The notes below the pieces were generated by a model that had not been told where the DNA came from, searched no databases, and saw only the letters and a program-made list of their open reading frames with translations. The position numbers were made by a program, and so were the translations under genes. Source: Candidatus Binatia bacterium (lineage in GTDB: Bacteria > Desulfobacterota > Binatia > UBA1149 > CAITLU01). Taken from it: a stretch of DNA of 59,012 nucleotides. This document shows, in pieces, positions 21,573-31,262 of this stretch; the stretch's first letter is position 1; each line of letters begins with the position of its first letter. Location of the stretch: the NCBI GenBank assembly GCA_046261745.1, contig JBHEOD010000007.1:1-59012 (forward strand), written 5' to 3'.

Positions 21573-24136
21573 CAGAGAACACCCCGCGACCCGAACTGCT
21601 CGGGGCAATCGAAAGGCTCTCCACGTCGTCCGTCCTGCTGGTCGCGACGGACTACGACGGCACCCTCTCCCCGCTGGTATCCGATTTCACGAACGCCAAG
21701 CCCGATCGCGAGGCCATCGTCGCCCTGCGGTCGCTGGCCGGCCTTCCGAACACGCACGTTGCGGTGATCTCTGGCCGTGCGCTGCGCGATCTCGCCCGGC
21801 TGTCCGGGTTGCCCGGCGAAGTTCACCTGGTCGGAAGTCATGGCAGCGAGTTCGACGTCGACTTCCAGGGCGCGCTCGACGAGCACCAGATCGCCCTGCG
21901 TGCGCGACTCCTCGTCGAGATCTCGCGGATCGCCGAGTCCGATCCCAGCCTTGCCTTCGAAGAAAAGCCGGCCAGTGTCGCCCTCCACTACCGCGATGCC
22001 CCGCCCGAGGTCGCGGCCCGCGCGGTGGCCGAGGTGGAAGCCGGACCCGCGCTTCACCGCGGAGTGTTCACCCGCCTCGGCAACATGATCATCGAGTTGT
22101 GCGTGCTGCCCACGAGCAAGGGGCGAGCTCTCAATGCGATCCGGCAGCGGGTGGGCGCGACCGCGGTGATCTTCCTCGGAGACGACCTCACCGACGAGGA
22201 AGCCTTCACGACGCTCTCGGGACCGGACATGGGCGTCAAGGTCGGAACCGATCCTTCGCTGGCGCGCTGCCGCGTCAGCGACACGGTGGAGGTCGCCCGA
22301 CTCCTCGGACGACTGGCCGAACTGCGGGCCGCGTGGACGTCCGGCGCCGGCGCGGTTCCGATCGACGGGCATATGCTGCTTTCCGACCAGCGCAGCATGG
22401 CCCTGCTCACTCGCGATGCGCGCATGACGTGGCTGTGCCTGCCCCGCCTCGATTCCCCGCCGCTGTTCGCCGAACTTCTCGGCGGGCCGACGGCAGGCCG
22501 TTTCTCGGTGCGGCCGCACGGCAGCCGCGGTGCGCTGCGACAATCCTACGTGGATGACTCGATGGTCGTGCGTACGGAATGGGAAAACATGTCCGTCACC
22601 GATTTTCTTGACTGCTCGCGCGAACGCCCGCGCCAGCGGGCGGGAAGATCCGACCTGTTGCGCATCCTGCGCGGCACCGGTCGCGCAAGGATCGAGTTTG
22701 CACCGCGTCTCGACTTCGGACGCGTTCCGACGCGCCTCAACCGCCATCCCATGGGCATCGTCGTCGAAGGATCGATCGACCCCATCGTACTGAGAGCGCC
22801 GTCGGTTTCCTGGGAGATCGTCGACGAGGGACGCCATCAGACTGCGCGCGGCGAAGTGGACCTCGCCGACGAGCCGGTCATTCTCGATCTTCGCTACGGA
22901 ACCGGCAGCCTGAGCGCGCCCGGTCTCGGAGGACTCCAGCGCTGCGAGATGACGACCCGGTACTGGTCGGCGTGGTCCTCCCTGCTCGAGTTGCCGCGGG
23001 TCGAACCGGAGATGGTGATGCGCAGCGCCCTCACCCTGCGCGCGCTTTGCTACGGCCCGAGCGGTGCAATCGCCGCGGCCGCCACCACCAGCCTGCCCGA
23101 GCACATCGGCGGAGTGCGCAACTGGGACTATCGTTTCTGCTGGCTTCGCGATGCCGCGTTGTCGGCAACCGCGCTTGTCAGGCTCGGCAGCCAGGCGGAA
23201 GCCATGCAGTTCCTCGACTGGATGCTCGAGGTCGTGCAGCACACGCACTCTCCCGGCGCGCTGCATCCGCTCTACGGCGTGGACGGCGAAACGGTCGCTC
23301 CCGACGCCGAGATCGGCGACCTGGCGGGATATCGGGGCAGTCGCCCGGTACGCGTCGGCAACTCGGCGGCGCAACAAATCCAACTCGACGTGTTCGGTGC
23401 GGTCGTCGATCTCATTCACGAGTTGCTGATTCGCGAAGCCGCGCTGTCCACGCGGCATTGGCGACTCGTCGACGCCATGGCCAGCGCGGTCGTGGCACGA
23501 TGGATGGAACCTGATCACGGAATCTGGGAGATCCGTCTGCCACCCCGCCATCACGTTCATTCCCGCACCATGTGCTGGCTGACGATCGACCGTGCCATCA
23601 AGATTTCCCATGGCCTGCTCGAGCAGGAGCGTCCGCAGTGGGAGACGCTGCGCGACCAGATTCGCTCCGACGTCCTCGAGCACGGCTGGAGTTCGAAAGC
23701 CTGCTCATTCACCACGGCTTACGGCTCCGACCACGCGGACGCGGCGTCGCTGCTGGTGGGGCTGAGCGGGCTCCTCGATCCGACCGACACGCGCTTCGTG
23801 CGCACCGTCGAGGCAGTGGAGCGCGAGTTGCGCGACGGATCCGGCGTGTATCGCTACCGTTTCGACGATGGACTTCCGGGCCGCGAAGGGCCCTTCCTTT
23901 TCTGTGCGTCGTGGCTCGTGGACGCCTACCTTGCGGTCGGTCGGCGCGACGACGCCTGGGAGCTCTTCCGGGCCATCACTGCCGCCGCTTCGTCGACCGG
24001 GCTACTCTCCGAACAATACGATGCGGAGGGGCGCATCGCGCTCGGCAACTACCCGCAGGCGTACTCGCACGTGGGCCTGATCGGGAACGCATTGAACCTC
24101 GCCGCAACGATGCCGTCCGGACGCGACGCGGGCTGA
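21569..24136 (+). CDS. otsB: trehalose-6-phosphate phosphatase (HAD) fused to a GH15 glycoside hydrolase domain
   Basis: ATG 21569 overlaps the otsA stop (ATGA). The N-terminus has LLVATDYDGTL and GDDLTDE. From about residue 270 come GH15 motifs DGHMLLSDQRSMALL, WLCLPRLDSPPLFAELLG and NWDYRFCWLRDA. Confidence 0.85.
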   Translation: MTENTPRPELLGAIERLSTSSVLLVATDYDGTLSPLVSDFTNAKPDREAIVALRSLAGLPNTHVAVISGRALRDLARLSGLPGEVHLVGSHGSEFDVDFQGALDEHQIALRARLLVEISRIAESDPSLAFEEKPASVALHYRDAPPEVAARAVAEVEAGPALHRGVFTRLGNMIIELCVLPTSKGRALNAIRQRVGATAVIFLGDDLTDEEAFTTLSGPDMGVKVGTDPSLARCRVSDTVEVARLLGRLAELRAAWTSGAGAVPIDGHMLLSDQRSMALLTRDARMTWLCLPRLDSPPLFAELLGGPTAGRFSVRPHGSRGALRQSYVDDSMVVRTEWENMSVTDFLDCSRERPRQRAGRSDLLRILRGTGRARIEFAPRLDFGRVPTRLNRHPMGIVVEGSIDPIVLRAPSVSWEIVDEGRHQTARGEVDLADEPVILDLRYGTGSLSAPGLGGLQRCEMTTRYWSAWSSLLELPRVEPEMVMRSALTLRALCYGPSGAIAAAATTSLPEHIGGVRNWDYRFCWLRDAALSATALVRLGSQAEAMQFLDWMLEVVQHTHSPGALHPLYGVDGETVAPDAEIGDLAGYRGSRPVRVGNSAAQQIQLDVFGAVVDLIHELLIREAALSTRHWRLVDAMASAVVARWMEPDHGIWEIRLPPRHHVHSRTMCWLTIDRAIKISHGLLEQERPQWETLRDQIRSDVLEHGWSSKACSFTTAYGSDHADAASLLVGLSGLLDPTDTRFVRTVEAVERELRDGSGVYRYRFDDGLPGREGPFLFCASWLVDAYLAVGRRDDAWELFRAITAAASSTGLLSEQYDAEGRIALGNYPQAYSHVGLIGNALNLAATMPSGRDAG

Positions 24137-24333
24137 ACGGCCCAACTCGTTCCGTTCGGCGCAGTCGCTGCCCATGCGATTGCCCTCGCCCGTGCGGGCG
24201 AGGGCCTGCTAACCACACGCTAACAAGGCTCGAGCAGAGTGCGTGGCCCCTTGCGTGGCCCCTCGATGATTCCCATCACGCAAGGTGAACAGAAGAAGGA
24301 TCCGACTATACTGACGCGTCCGGAGCCAGTCGC

Positions 24334-26493
24334 ATGGAAAGTCCAGCCACGTCCCCGCATGTTCCCCTCGAGTCGCCGGAGGCGCTCCTCAACCGTGAAC
24401 TCAGCTGGCTCGCCTTCGCACGGCGAGTGCTCGAGATGGCCGGCGACGCCTCACTTCCCCTGCTCGAACGCGTCAAGTTCGTCGGCATTCACGGCATGCT
24501 CCACGACGAGTTCTTCATGAAGCGCATGGGTGGGCTCGAGCGACAGGCCGCCAAGAACAGCACCAAGGTGTCTCCCGACGGCCGCACGCCGGCAGAGGAG
24601 CTGAGCGCATGCCGGTTCGAGATTCGCGACCAGATGCGACTGCTCTCGCGCCTCATGAACGACGAGATTCGACCTGCGATGGCAACGGCCGGAATCCCGA
24701 TCCTCGATCATGCCGAACTCAGCGACGAACAGCGGAGCTCAATCCGCGAGGATTTCGCTCACAGCGTCGTGCCCATCCTGACGCCGCTGGCCGTCGACGC
24801 CGAACATCCCTTTCCCTTCATCAGCGGCCAGGGGCTGAACATGGCGATCCAGGTGCCCGACACCGCGGGCCTGCGCGAGCGCTTCGTTCGACTGAAAGTT
24901 CCCACCAATCGTCCGCGGTGGGTGCCGGTTCCCGGCACCCGGGGCTTCGTGCCACTCGAGCAGGTGATCGCCGCCAATCTCGACCTCGTGCTCGTCGGCA
25001 ACGCGACCTTTCGTCACTACCTTTTTTGCGTCACGCGCGATGCGCAGGGCGAGGCAGACGAAGTCGAGGAGATCGACGAAGGGGACTCGCTGCTTCCGGG
25101 CAGCATCGTTCGCCAGGTCAGCCGCGACCTGAAGGCCCGCCGCTTCGCCGGGATATCGCGCCTCAAGGTCAGCAGCGACATGCCCGTCGAGTTGCAAACG
25201 TGGCTTGCCCGCCAGCTGGGCGTGACGCTCGACGACGTCTATTCCACCGACACGTTCCTCGGACTGAACGACCTCATGTCGCTGCGCGTGCCGTCCGGCG
25301 ACCACCTGCTGGCTCCGACGCATGAGCCGGCCGACCACCCGCGGCTGCACAACGAGTCCCGCGACGGCCCGGGCTCGATCTTCGAGGAAATTCGCCGCGG
25401 CGACATCCTGCTGCACCACCCCTACCACTGCTTCGAATCGTCGGTGCTGCGCTTCCTCTGCGACGCCGCCGAAGATCCCGCCGTGGTAGCGATCAAGCTC
25501 ACCATCTACCGCACCAACAGCGACTCTCCCATCATCCGGGCGCTGACGGATGCAGCGCGACGCGGCAAGCAGGTGGCAGTGCTCGTCGAGATCACCGCCC
25601 GTTTCGACGAGGCGCCCAACATTGCCTGGGGTCAGCTTCTCGAACGAGAAGGCGTCCACGTTTCCTACGGCGTCGAGAAACTGAAGACCCACGTCAAGCT
25701 CGCACTGGTGGTCCGCGACGAGGCCGGGAAGCTGCGCCGGTATGCACACGTGGGCACCGGCAACTACCACACCGGCACGGCACGCATCTACGAGGATCTC
25801 GGACTGCTGACAAGCGACACTGCTCTTTGCGCCGATGTCGCGCTTCTTTTCAACCAGCTTACCGGGGCGCTGCCCGCCCGCTCGTACAAGAAACTGATCG
25901 TCGCGCCGTACGACATGCGCTCGCGCTTCATCGAGCTCATCCGCAAGGAAGCCGAGCATGCGCTGGCCGGACGGCCCGCTCGCATCCGCGCGAAAATGAA
26001 CCAGCTCCAGGACCAGGAGTTGATCCGCGAGCTCTACAAGGCCGGCCAGGCCGGCGTGGCCATCTCGCTGAATGTTCGCGGCCTTTGCTGCTTGCGTCCC
26101 GGAGTGCCGGGGCTTTCCGAGAATATCGAGGTGTTCAGCGTTCTCGGGCGCTTCCTCGAACACGCCCGCATCTACGAATTTCTCGCCGGCGGCCACCCTC
26201 GCTACTTCCTGGGTTCGGCCGACTGGATGAAGCGCAACCTCGACCGGCGCGTCGAAAGCGTCGCCCCCGTGGAGGATCCCAAGCTCGCGCGCGAGCTGAG
26301 CGCGATCCTCGACGTGTACGATGCCGACAATGCCACGCGCTGGGATTGCGATGCCGACGGCGTCTACACCCGCCGCACGCCGGCTGCCGGACAGCAACCG
26401 GCCTCTTCGCAGGCGGTCTTCCTCGAGATGGCGGCTGCCGAGCGCAGCTCGGCGCCGCCGCGTAAACGCGTGCGTCGCGCTCGCAAGGAATAG
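24334..26493 (+). CDS. ppk: polyphosphate kinase 1
   Basis: Contains LNRELSWLAFARRVLE and the two C-terminal PLD-like domains (TGNYH..., LGSADWMKRNLDRRVE). Confidence 0.95.
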   Translation: MESPATSPHVPLESPEALLNRELSWLAFARRVLEMAGDASLPLLERVKFVGIHGMLHDEFFMKRMGGLERQAAKNSTKVSPDGRTPAEELSACRFEIRDQMRLLSRLMNDEIRPAMATAGIPILDHAELSDEQRSSIREDFAHSVVPILTPLAVDAEHPFPFISGQGLNMAIQVPDTAGLRERFVRLKVPTNRPRWVPVPGTRGFVPLEQVIAANLDLVLVGNATFRHYLFCVTRDAQGEADEVEEIDEGDSLLPGSIVRQVSRDLKARRFAGISRLKVSSDMPVELQTWLARQLGVTLDDVYSTDTFLGLNDLMSLRVPSGDHLLAPTHEPADHPRLHNESRDGPGSIFEEIRRGDILLHHPYHCFESSVLRFLCDAAEDPAVVAIKLTIYRTNSDSPIIRALTDAARRGKQVAVLVEITARFDEAPNIAWGQLLEREGVHVSYGVEKLKTHVKLALVVRDEAGKLRRYAHVGTGNYHTGTARIYEDLGLLTSDTALCADVALLFNQLTGALPARSYKKLIVAPYDMRSRFIELIRKEAEHALAGRPARIRAKMNQLQDQELIRELYKAGQAGVAISLNVRGLCCLRPGVPGLSENIEVFSVLGRFLEHARIYEFLAGGHPRYFLGSADWMKRNLDRRVESVAPVEDPKLARELSAILDVYDADNATRWDCDADGVYTRRTPAAGQQPASSQAVFLEMAAAERSSAPPRKRVRRARKE

Positions 26494-26494
26494 A

Positions 26495-27985
26495 ATGCCC
26501 CGCTTTCCAGTCGCGGTGGTCGACGTGGGATCGAATTCGGCGCGCGTCGTCGTATTCCGCAGGGCGGGGGGCGGCGTGCTCGAAGTGATGGCCGACGAGC
26601 ACGTCTCCCTCCAGCTCATCCGCGAGCTCGAGGAGGACGGACGACTCTCGAAAGCCGCTGTCGCGCGAACGCTGCGCGTCCTGCGAGATTTCCGCCGTCT
26701 GGCGGATGCCGCGGGCGCGAAGAGCATCCTCGCGTTCGGCACCGCGGCGCTGCGCGAGGCGCGCAACGGGGAAGAACTTCGCGCCCGCATCGCCTCCGAG
26801 TGCGGCATTCAGCTTCGGATCATGGGGCCGGATGAGGAGGCCCAAGCGGGATTCACCGGCGCCGTCTACGGACTGCCGGTTACCGGCGGACTCGTCTTCG
26901 ACATCGGAGGCGGTAGCCTGCAGATCACCCTGTATCGCAATCGATTGCGCCGCCGGGCCTGCAGCCTGCCGCTTGGCGCACTTCGGGTCAGCGATGAATT
27001 CCTGGGTTCGGACCCGCCGGGCGCGCGGCAGGTTCGCAAGCTGCGCAAGCACGTTGCCGAACTGCTCACCCGCGCAAGGATTCCCCGTCTCCAGCCCGGG
27101 GAGACCGTGGTCGGAACCGGCGGCACCGTGCGCAACCTGGCCAAGCTCGATTCGCGACGCTTCGACTACCCGATCGCAAGACTACACGGGTATGAACTGA
27201 CACACGGCCGACTGCGGGAACTGACGAGCATCCTGCTCGGACAAACCGCTGCGGAACGCTCGACGATGTCGGGACTGAACGCCAGTCGCGCCGATTCGAT
27301 CGTCGGCGGTGCCATCGTGGCCGAGGCCATCCTCGAGGCCGGGCACGCGACTCGCTTCCTCGTGGCCGGGCAGGGCTTGCGCGAGGGGGTCGTGCTCGAC
27401 TCGCTGCTGGCCAGGCTGCCGACGCCGGCGCGCGTCCGCGAGAACGCGATCGCAGTCCTGGCGTCACGCTTTGGCACCTGTGACGCCACCCGATCGATGC
27501 GGCGCAGGAAGCTGGCCCTGTCCCTCTACGACCTGCTCGAACCGCTTCCCGACCCGCTCGTGCGCGAGATGCTGGGGCACGCGACGGCCATCGTCGACAT
27601 CGGCCGTAGCGTCGATTTCTACCGGCTGCACGCCCACGCGGCTTCCATCATCCGCGCAAGTGCACTGCTCGGTTTCAGCCATCGCGAGATCGCATTGTTG
27701 TCCTCGATCGTCGAGCTCGCCGACAAGGACGGATGGGATCCGCGACGCTGCTCTCCTCCCCTTCGCGCGGACGACTACGACTGCGTCGATCGCGCCGGCG
27801 TGTTGCTGTGCCTGGCCGACGTGATCGAGCAGAGGCGGCTGCCCGGCCGTGCTTCCGGTGCGACAGGTCGCGCCAAGGGGCGCGCGTTCGTGCTCGAGGA
27901 AGCGGGCCTGGCTGCGTGGGTGGACGAAGAAATCGACGCGCGCTTTCGAAAAGCGTTCGGAAAAGACCTCAAGGTCGCCGGGTAG
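26495..27985 (+). CDS. ppx: exopolyphosphatase / Ppx-GppA family phosphatase
   Basis: ATG lies 1 nt after the ppk stop. Contains VVDVGSNSARVVVF and GTGGTVRNLAKL. Confidence 0.9.
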   Translation: MPRFPVAVVDVGSNSARVVVFRRAGGGVLEVMADEHVSLQLIRELEEDGRLSKAAVARTLRVLRDFRRLADAAGAKSILAFGTAALREARNGEELRARIASECGIQLRIMGPDEEAQAGFTGAVYGLPVTGGLVFDIGGGSLQITLYRNRLRRRACSLPLGALRVSDEFLGSDPPGARQVRKLRKHVAELLTRARIPRLQPGETVVGTGGTVRNLAKLDSRRFDYPIARLHGYELTHGRLRELTSILLGQTAAERSTMSGLNASRADSIVGGAIVAEAILEAGHATRFLVAGQGLREGVVLDSLLARLPTPARVRENAIAVLASRFGTCDATRSMRRRKLALSLYDLLEPLPDPLVREMLGHATAIVDIGRSVDFYRLHAHAASIIRASALLGFSHREIALLSSIVELADKDGWDPRRCSPPLRADDYDCVDRAGVLLCLADVIEQRRLPGRASGATGRAKGRAFVLEEAGLAAWVDEEIDARFRKAFGKDLKVAG

Positions 27986-27995
27986 ACCAAGTGCG

Positions 27996-28031
27996 TCCCA
28001 CCCGTGTCGACGAGCGTCGACACGGGTGGGA
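27996..28031. terminator. 16-bp perfect stem hairpin between convergent genes
   Basis: TCCCACCCGTGTCGAC - GAGC - GTCGACACGGGTGGGA. Confidence 0.6.
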
Positions 28032-28079
28032 TGCACGAACGCAGCGGGAGCGTTGGCGCCAGTCCCGGTCAGGAAGGAA

Positions 28080-28685
28080 TCAGCAGAGCACGAACAGCAG
28101 GATGATTCCGGGGATCACGAAAAGGATGAAGCCGAACACGATCGCGACGATCTCGCCGGTCGTGTAATGACATCGGCCGGGGCCGCGGACCTGGGCCTGC
28201 CCCACGTTGAGATCCGCCACCTGGATCAGCTCGCCGCTGAGCATGTCCTGGCTGAGAAGCCTGTCGAATTCGCCGGCGACGTCCGCCGGAGTTCCGCTTT
28301 GCTCCACGCGGCCCTCGAACCCTTCGATCCTGTCGCGAGCGGCCGCCAGGTCGGCGCTCGACGGTGCGACCAGCGCAGCGAATTGCAACGCCTTTCGCGC
28401 CGCTCGCGCCGGATTGAGCGCGAGGGCGCGAGCTTCCTCCACGGTCTCCGCATCCGCGATGCGCTGGCGACGCTCACTCACGACTGCCAGTTGCGGGATC
28501 GTGCAGGTGTAGCTGCCGTCGATGAAATCTCCGGCGGACGGGGCGTCAACTTTCGGCAGCGATGGTTCGATGCCACCGGTGGAGGCCGAGACAGTTGTCG
28601 CCGTCAGCAACGCGGCGCCGATCACCCGAAATGCGAGATGCTTGAATGCCGGCGAGCGGCTGGTTTCAGAAGTGGATGTCCTCAT
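28080..28685 (-). CDS. hypothetical exported protein with C-terminal TM anchor
   Basis: ATG 28685 is preceded by AAGGAG. It has an N-terminal signal-like segment and a C-terminal IVAIVFGFILFVIPGIILLFVLC. It lies downstream of the DUF3185-like gene. Confidence 0.55.
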   Translation of the reverse strand: MRTSTSETSRSPAFKHLAFRVIGAALLTATTVSASTGGIEPSLPKVDAPSAGDFIDGSYTCTIPQLAVVSERRQRIADAETVEEARALALNPARAARKALQFAALVAPSSADLAAARDRIEGFEGRVEQSGTPADVAGEFDRLLSQDMLSGELIQVADLNVGQAQVRGPGRCHYTTGEIVAIVFGFILFVIPGIILLFVLC

Positions 28686-28863
28686 GTGTGTGTTCTCCTT
28701 CATTCTTTCTGCACCCGATGGCGCCGCTGACAGAAAAGCCGACAGCCCTTCGTCGTTACCACTGGAATGCAATCCCGCATAGAGGTGACATCGTTCACGC
28801 ACCGCGATCTTCGCTCGAATGGGGAGCGGCTGGAGGGGGGTATTCCCCCCTCCAGATTCGCGG

Positions 28864-29085
28864 CTATGCTTGCTTGCGATCGAACAGCAGCATCAGCACG
28901 CCGCCTCCAATGGCCGCGGCAGCCAACCATTGCGGAATATGGACCCGCTCCTTTTCCTCGACGGAGAATTCGAGGGGACCGATCTTGGCGTCATGGGTTT
29001 CCTTGGTGAAGCTGAACGTTCCATAGGCAAGGCCGAGGCCCCCGCCCAAGATGAAAAGAATCGCCAGGATCTTGATGCCGTTCAT
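28864..29085 (-). CDS. 73-aa two-TM protein, DUF3185-like (paralog 1)
   Basis: MNGIKILAILFILGGGLGLAYGTFSFTKETHDAKIGPLEFSVEEKERVHIPQW... is about 80% identical to the 39311..39532 product. Confidence 0.7.
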   Translation of the reverse strand: MNGIKILAILFILGGGLGLAYGTFSFTKETHDAKIGPLEFSVEEKERVHIPQWLAAAAIGGGVLMLLFDRKQA

Positions 29086-29190
29086 GGGGTTTCTCCGTCG
29101 GGACTTTGTTTCGCTTCGCATGGCAGAGCGATCGGGAGCGCGCCACGCCGGAGGTTCAGTTAACAACGCCACACGCGCGAGCGGCAATCC

Positions 29191-29211
29191 GGAGTGATAC
29201 GCGCGTAGTTG
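29191..29211 (-). promoter_or_regulatory. conserved box upstream of DUF3185-like paralog 1 (contains palindrome TACGCGCGTA)
   Basis: The minus-strand reading AACTACGCGCGTATCACTCC is identical at 39650-39670, upstream of paralog 2. Confidence 0.5.
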
Positions 29212-29240
29212 CGCGTACAACCCCGTTGGCGAAGCCCCAC

Positions 29241-29261
29241 GCACGTAGTTTTGCGGGCTAT
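29241..29261 (+). promoter_or_regulatory. conserved box upstream of PAS kinase 1
   Basis: GCACGTAGTTTTGCGGGCTAT versus GCACGTAGTTCTGCGGTGTAT at 34643-34663 matches at 18/21 positions. Confidence 0.45.
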
Positions 29262-29367
29262 GCGCCAAAGGGGTCGTCCGTTAGGATCGCGAAAGAAATT
29301 CCGAGGTCACGCTCGGTCCTCTAAGGCAACGGGCGAGAAGCCCGAGAGGTGCGGCGTCCCGAGCATC

Positions 29368-31089
29368 ATGAAAGCCAACCCGAAGGCTGCCATTCCCAGA
29401 CGACGCGAGGTTGCCCCAGCCACCCCGCTTGCAGCCTCCCCGCTTCGCGCAGTCACAGTCGCTTCCGAGAATCAGCTCGAGCACCGCAACGACGACGCCC
29501 AGACCTGGGACAGCGACCTCAACAACCTCCTCGTCAGCACCAACATCGGGATGGTGCTGCTGGACCGTCGGACCTGCATCCGCCGGTTCACGCCGGCGGC
29601 CACCTCCCTTTTCGGTTTTCTCCACGCCGACATTGGCCGTCCGATCCGTGATCTTTCGCCGAAGTTCACCGACCCTTCCTTTCTTTCCGACGTGTTGCTC
29701 GTGCTCGACGGGGGCGATGCGACCAAGAAAGAGGTGCTGTCGCACGAGGGACGATGGTTCCTGCGACAGACGCTGCCTTATCGGCTGACCGACGGCACCA
29801 TCGAGGGTGCCGTCATCACGTTCTCCGACGTTGCGGCCGACGCGCTCCAGGAAGCACGCCTCTACGCATCGTCCATCGTGAACTCCGTGCGCGATCCGCT
29901 GATCGTGGTTGACGGCGAGCTGCGTATCCATTCGATCAACCAGCCGTTCTCCGACTTGTTCCGGGTGTCCGCAGACGAAGTCCTGGGGCGGGAATTGCGA
30001 GAGGTTTGCAGCCGAGTATGGGACGTCAAGGAACTGCTCCACCTGCTCCAAGGCGTGCTCGAGAACGGCGATTCCATCGATGTCTTCGAGATCGGCTACG
30101 AATCCGCCGCCCTCGGCTCGCGTGCGCTGCTCATGAATGCGCGAGCGCTGCATCGCGGACACGGCCGCCCCGACCTCATCCTCCTGGCCATCGACGATGT
30201 GACCGAGCAAAGGCGGATCGAGGCGCTGTTGCAGGAAAACGAAGCGCGGCGCCACCAGGAAGAGCGCGTCCGCCAACGACAGATCGACCTGTCCAACTCC
30301 CTCAGGGTCAGCACGGTGGGCGAGCTCGCGACCGGGCTCGCTCACGAACTCAACCAGCCGCTTTCTTCGATCTCGAACGTGGTGGAGGCCTGCACCCGTT
30401 CTGTGCGCGCAGGCACCATTGAGCAGGCCAAGATTCTCGAACTCCTGGCAAGCATCGCGAGCGAGACGATGCGTGCTGCGGGGATTGTCGCCCACCTGCG
30501 CAGCTTCGTCGACAAGGGCGAACCTCAGATGGAGGAGGTCGATCTCGTCGAGGTCGTCCGCCATGTGCCCCACCTCCTGCTGCTGGACTTCGAGCGTAGC
30601 CGGGTCTCCCTTCGAACCGCTCTTGCGAATGATCCCCTGCGTGTTCGTGCTGACAGCATCCAGATCGAGCAGGTCATCGTGAACCTGCTCCAGAACGCGA
30701 TCGACAGCATCCACGAAGCAGAGGCCACCGAACGCGTGATCGAACTGAGCGCGTCGCGGAGAAACGGAAACGCAGAGATCAGCGTCCGTGACACCGGCAC
30801 CGGAGTGTCGGCCTCGGCCGCCGAGCGCATGTTCGAACCGTTCTTCACCACCAAGAAACAGGGTCTGGGAATGGGCCTTGCGTTGAGCCGTTCCGTGCTG
30901 GAATCGCATCGCGGGCGGATCTGGATGGAGGATCCCTCGGATGGAGGGGCGGGAATCATCGTGCGGTTCTCTCTTCCGCTCCACATCAAGAAGCGGAAAA
31001 GTCCCGCCTCCGTCAAGAACGCCGTGCCAAAACCTGTTGCCGCCCCACGAAGGAAGCGGCGACGTCCCCCTGCCGGCGCCAACGCCTGA
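29368..31089 (+). CDS. PAS-PAS sensor histidine kinase (paralog 1, no adjacent regulator)
   Basis: Two PAS segments, the H-box GLAHELNQPL, and HATPase boxes LLQNAIDS, DTGTGV, GLGMGLA. Confidence 0.9.
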   Translation: MKANPKAAIPRRREVAPATPLAASPLRAVTVASENQLEHRNDDAQTWDSDLNNLLVSTNIGMVLLDRRTCIRRFTPAATSLFGFLHADIGRPIRDLSPKFTDPSFLSDVLLVLDGGDATKKEVLSHEGRWFLRQTLPYRLTDGTIEGAVITFSDVAADALQEARLYASSIVNSVRDPLIVVDGELRIHSINQPFSDLFRVSADEVLGRELREVCSRVWDVKELLHLLQGVLENGDSIDVFEIGYESAALGSRALLMNARALHRGHGRPDLILLAIDDVTEQRRIEALLQENEARRHQEERVRQRQIDLSNSLRVSTVGELATGLAHELNQPLSSISNVVEACTRSVRAGTIEQAKILELLASIASETMRAAGIVAHLRSFVDKGEPQMEEVDLVEVVRHVPHLLLLDFERSRVSLRTALANDPLRVRADSIQIEQVIVNLLQNAIDSIHEAEATERVIELSASRRNGNAEISVRDTGTGVSASAAERMFEPFFTTKKQGLGMGLALSRSVLESHRGRIWMEDPSDGGAGIIVRFSLPLHIKKRKSPASVKNAVPKPVAAPRRKRRRPPAGANA

Positions 31090-31179
31090 GCGGGAATCTC
31101 CGCTGCAGGGGGTACGCCTGCATCTCGCCACGTTCGCCGCCCCGCAAGTGAGGGACAAAGTTGCGCGTGAAACTACGCG

Positions 31180-31213
31180 CGTAAACGCGCCCGCGTATTT
31201 TCCCGATCTTTAA
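31180..31213 (+). promoter_or_regulatory. 34-nt island motif, copy D
   Basis: CGTAAACGCGCCCGCGTATTTTCCCGATCTTTAA lies 49 nt upstream of the DUF1328 gene. Confidence 0.55.
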
Positions 31214-31262
31214 AGACCCTCCTTTCGGCGGTACAAGTCGATCAACCAACAGGAGGCTTCCC

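Noticed and set aside
21425-23683. 752-aa minus-strand ORF
   Set aside because: It is antisense to the otsB-GH15 gene and has no recognisable motifs.
24739-26808. 689-aa minus-strand ORF
   Set aside because: It is antisense to ppk1 and ppx and has low-complexity Arg/Ala/Gly composition.
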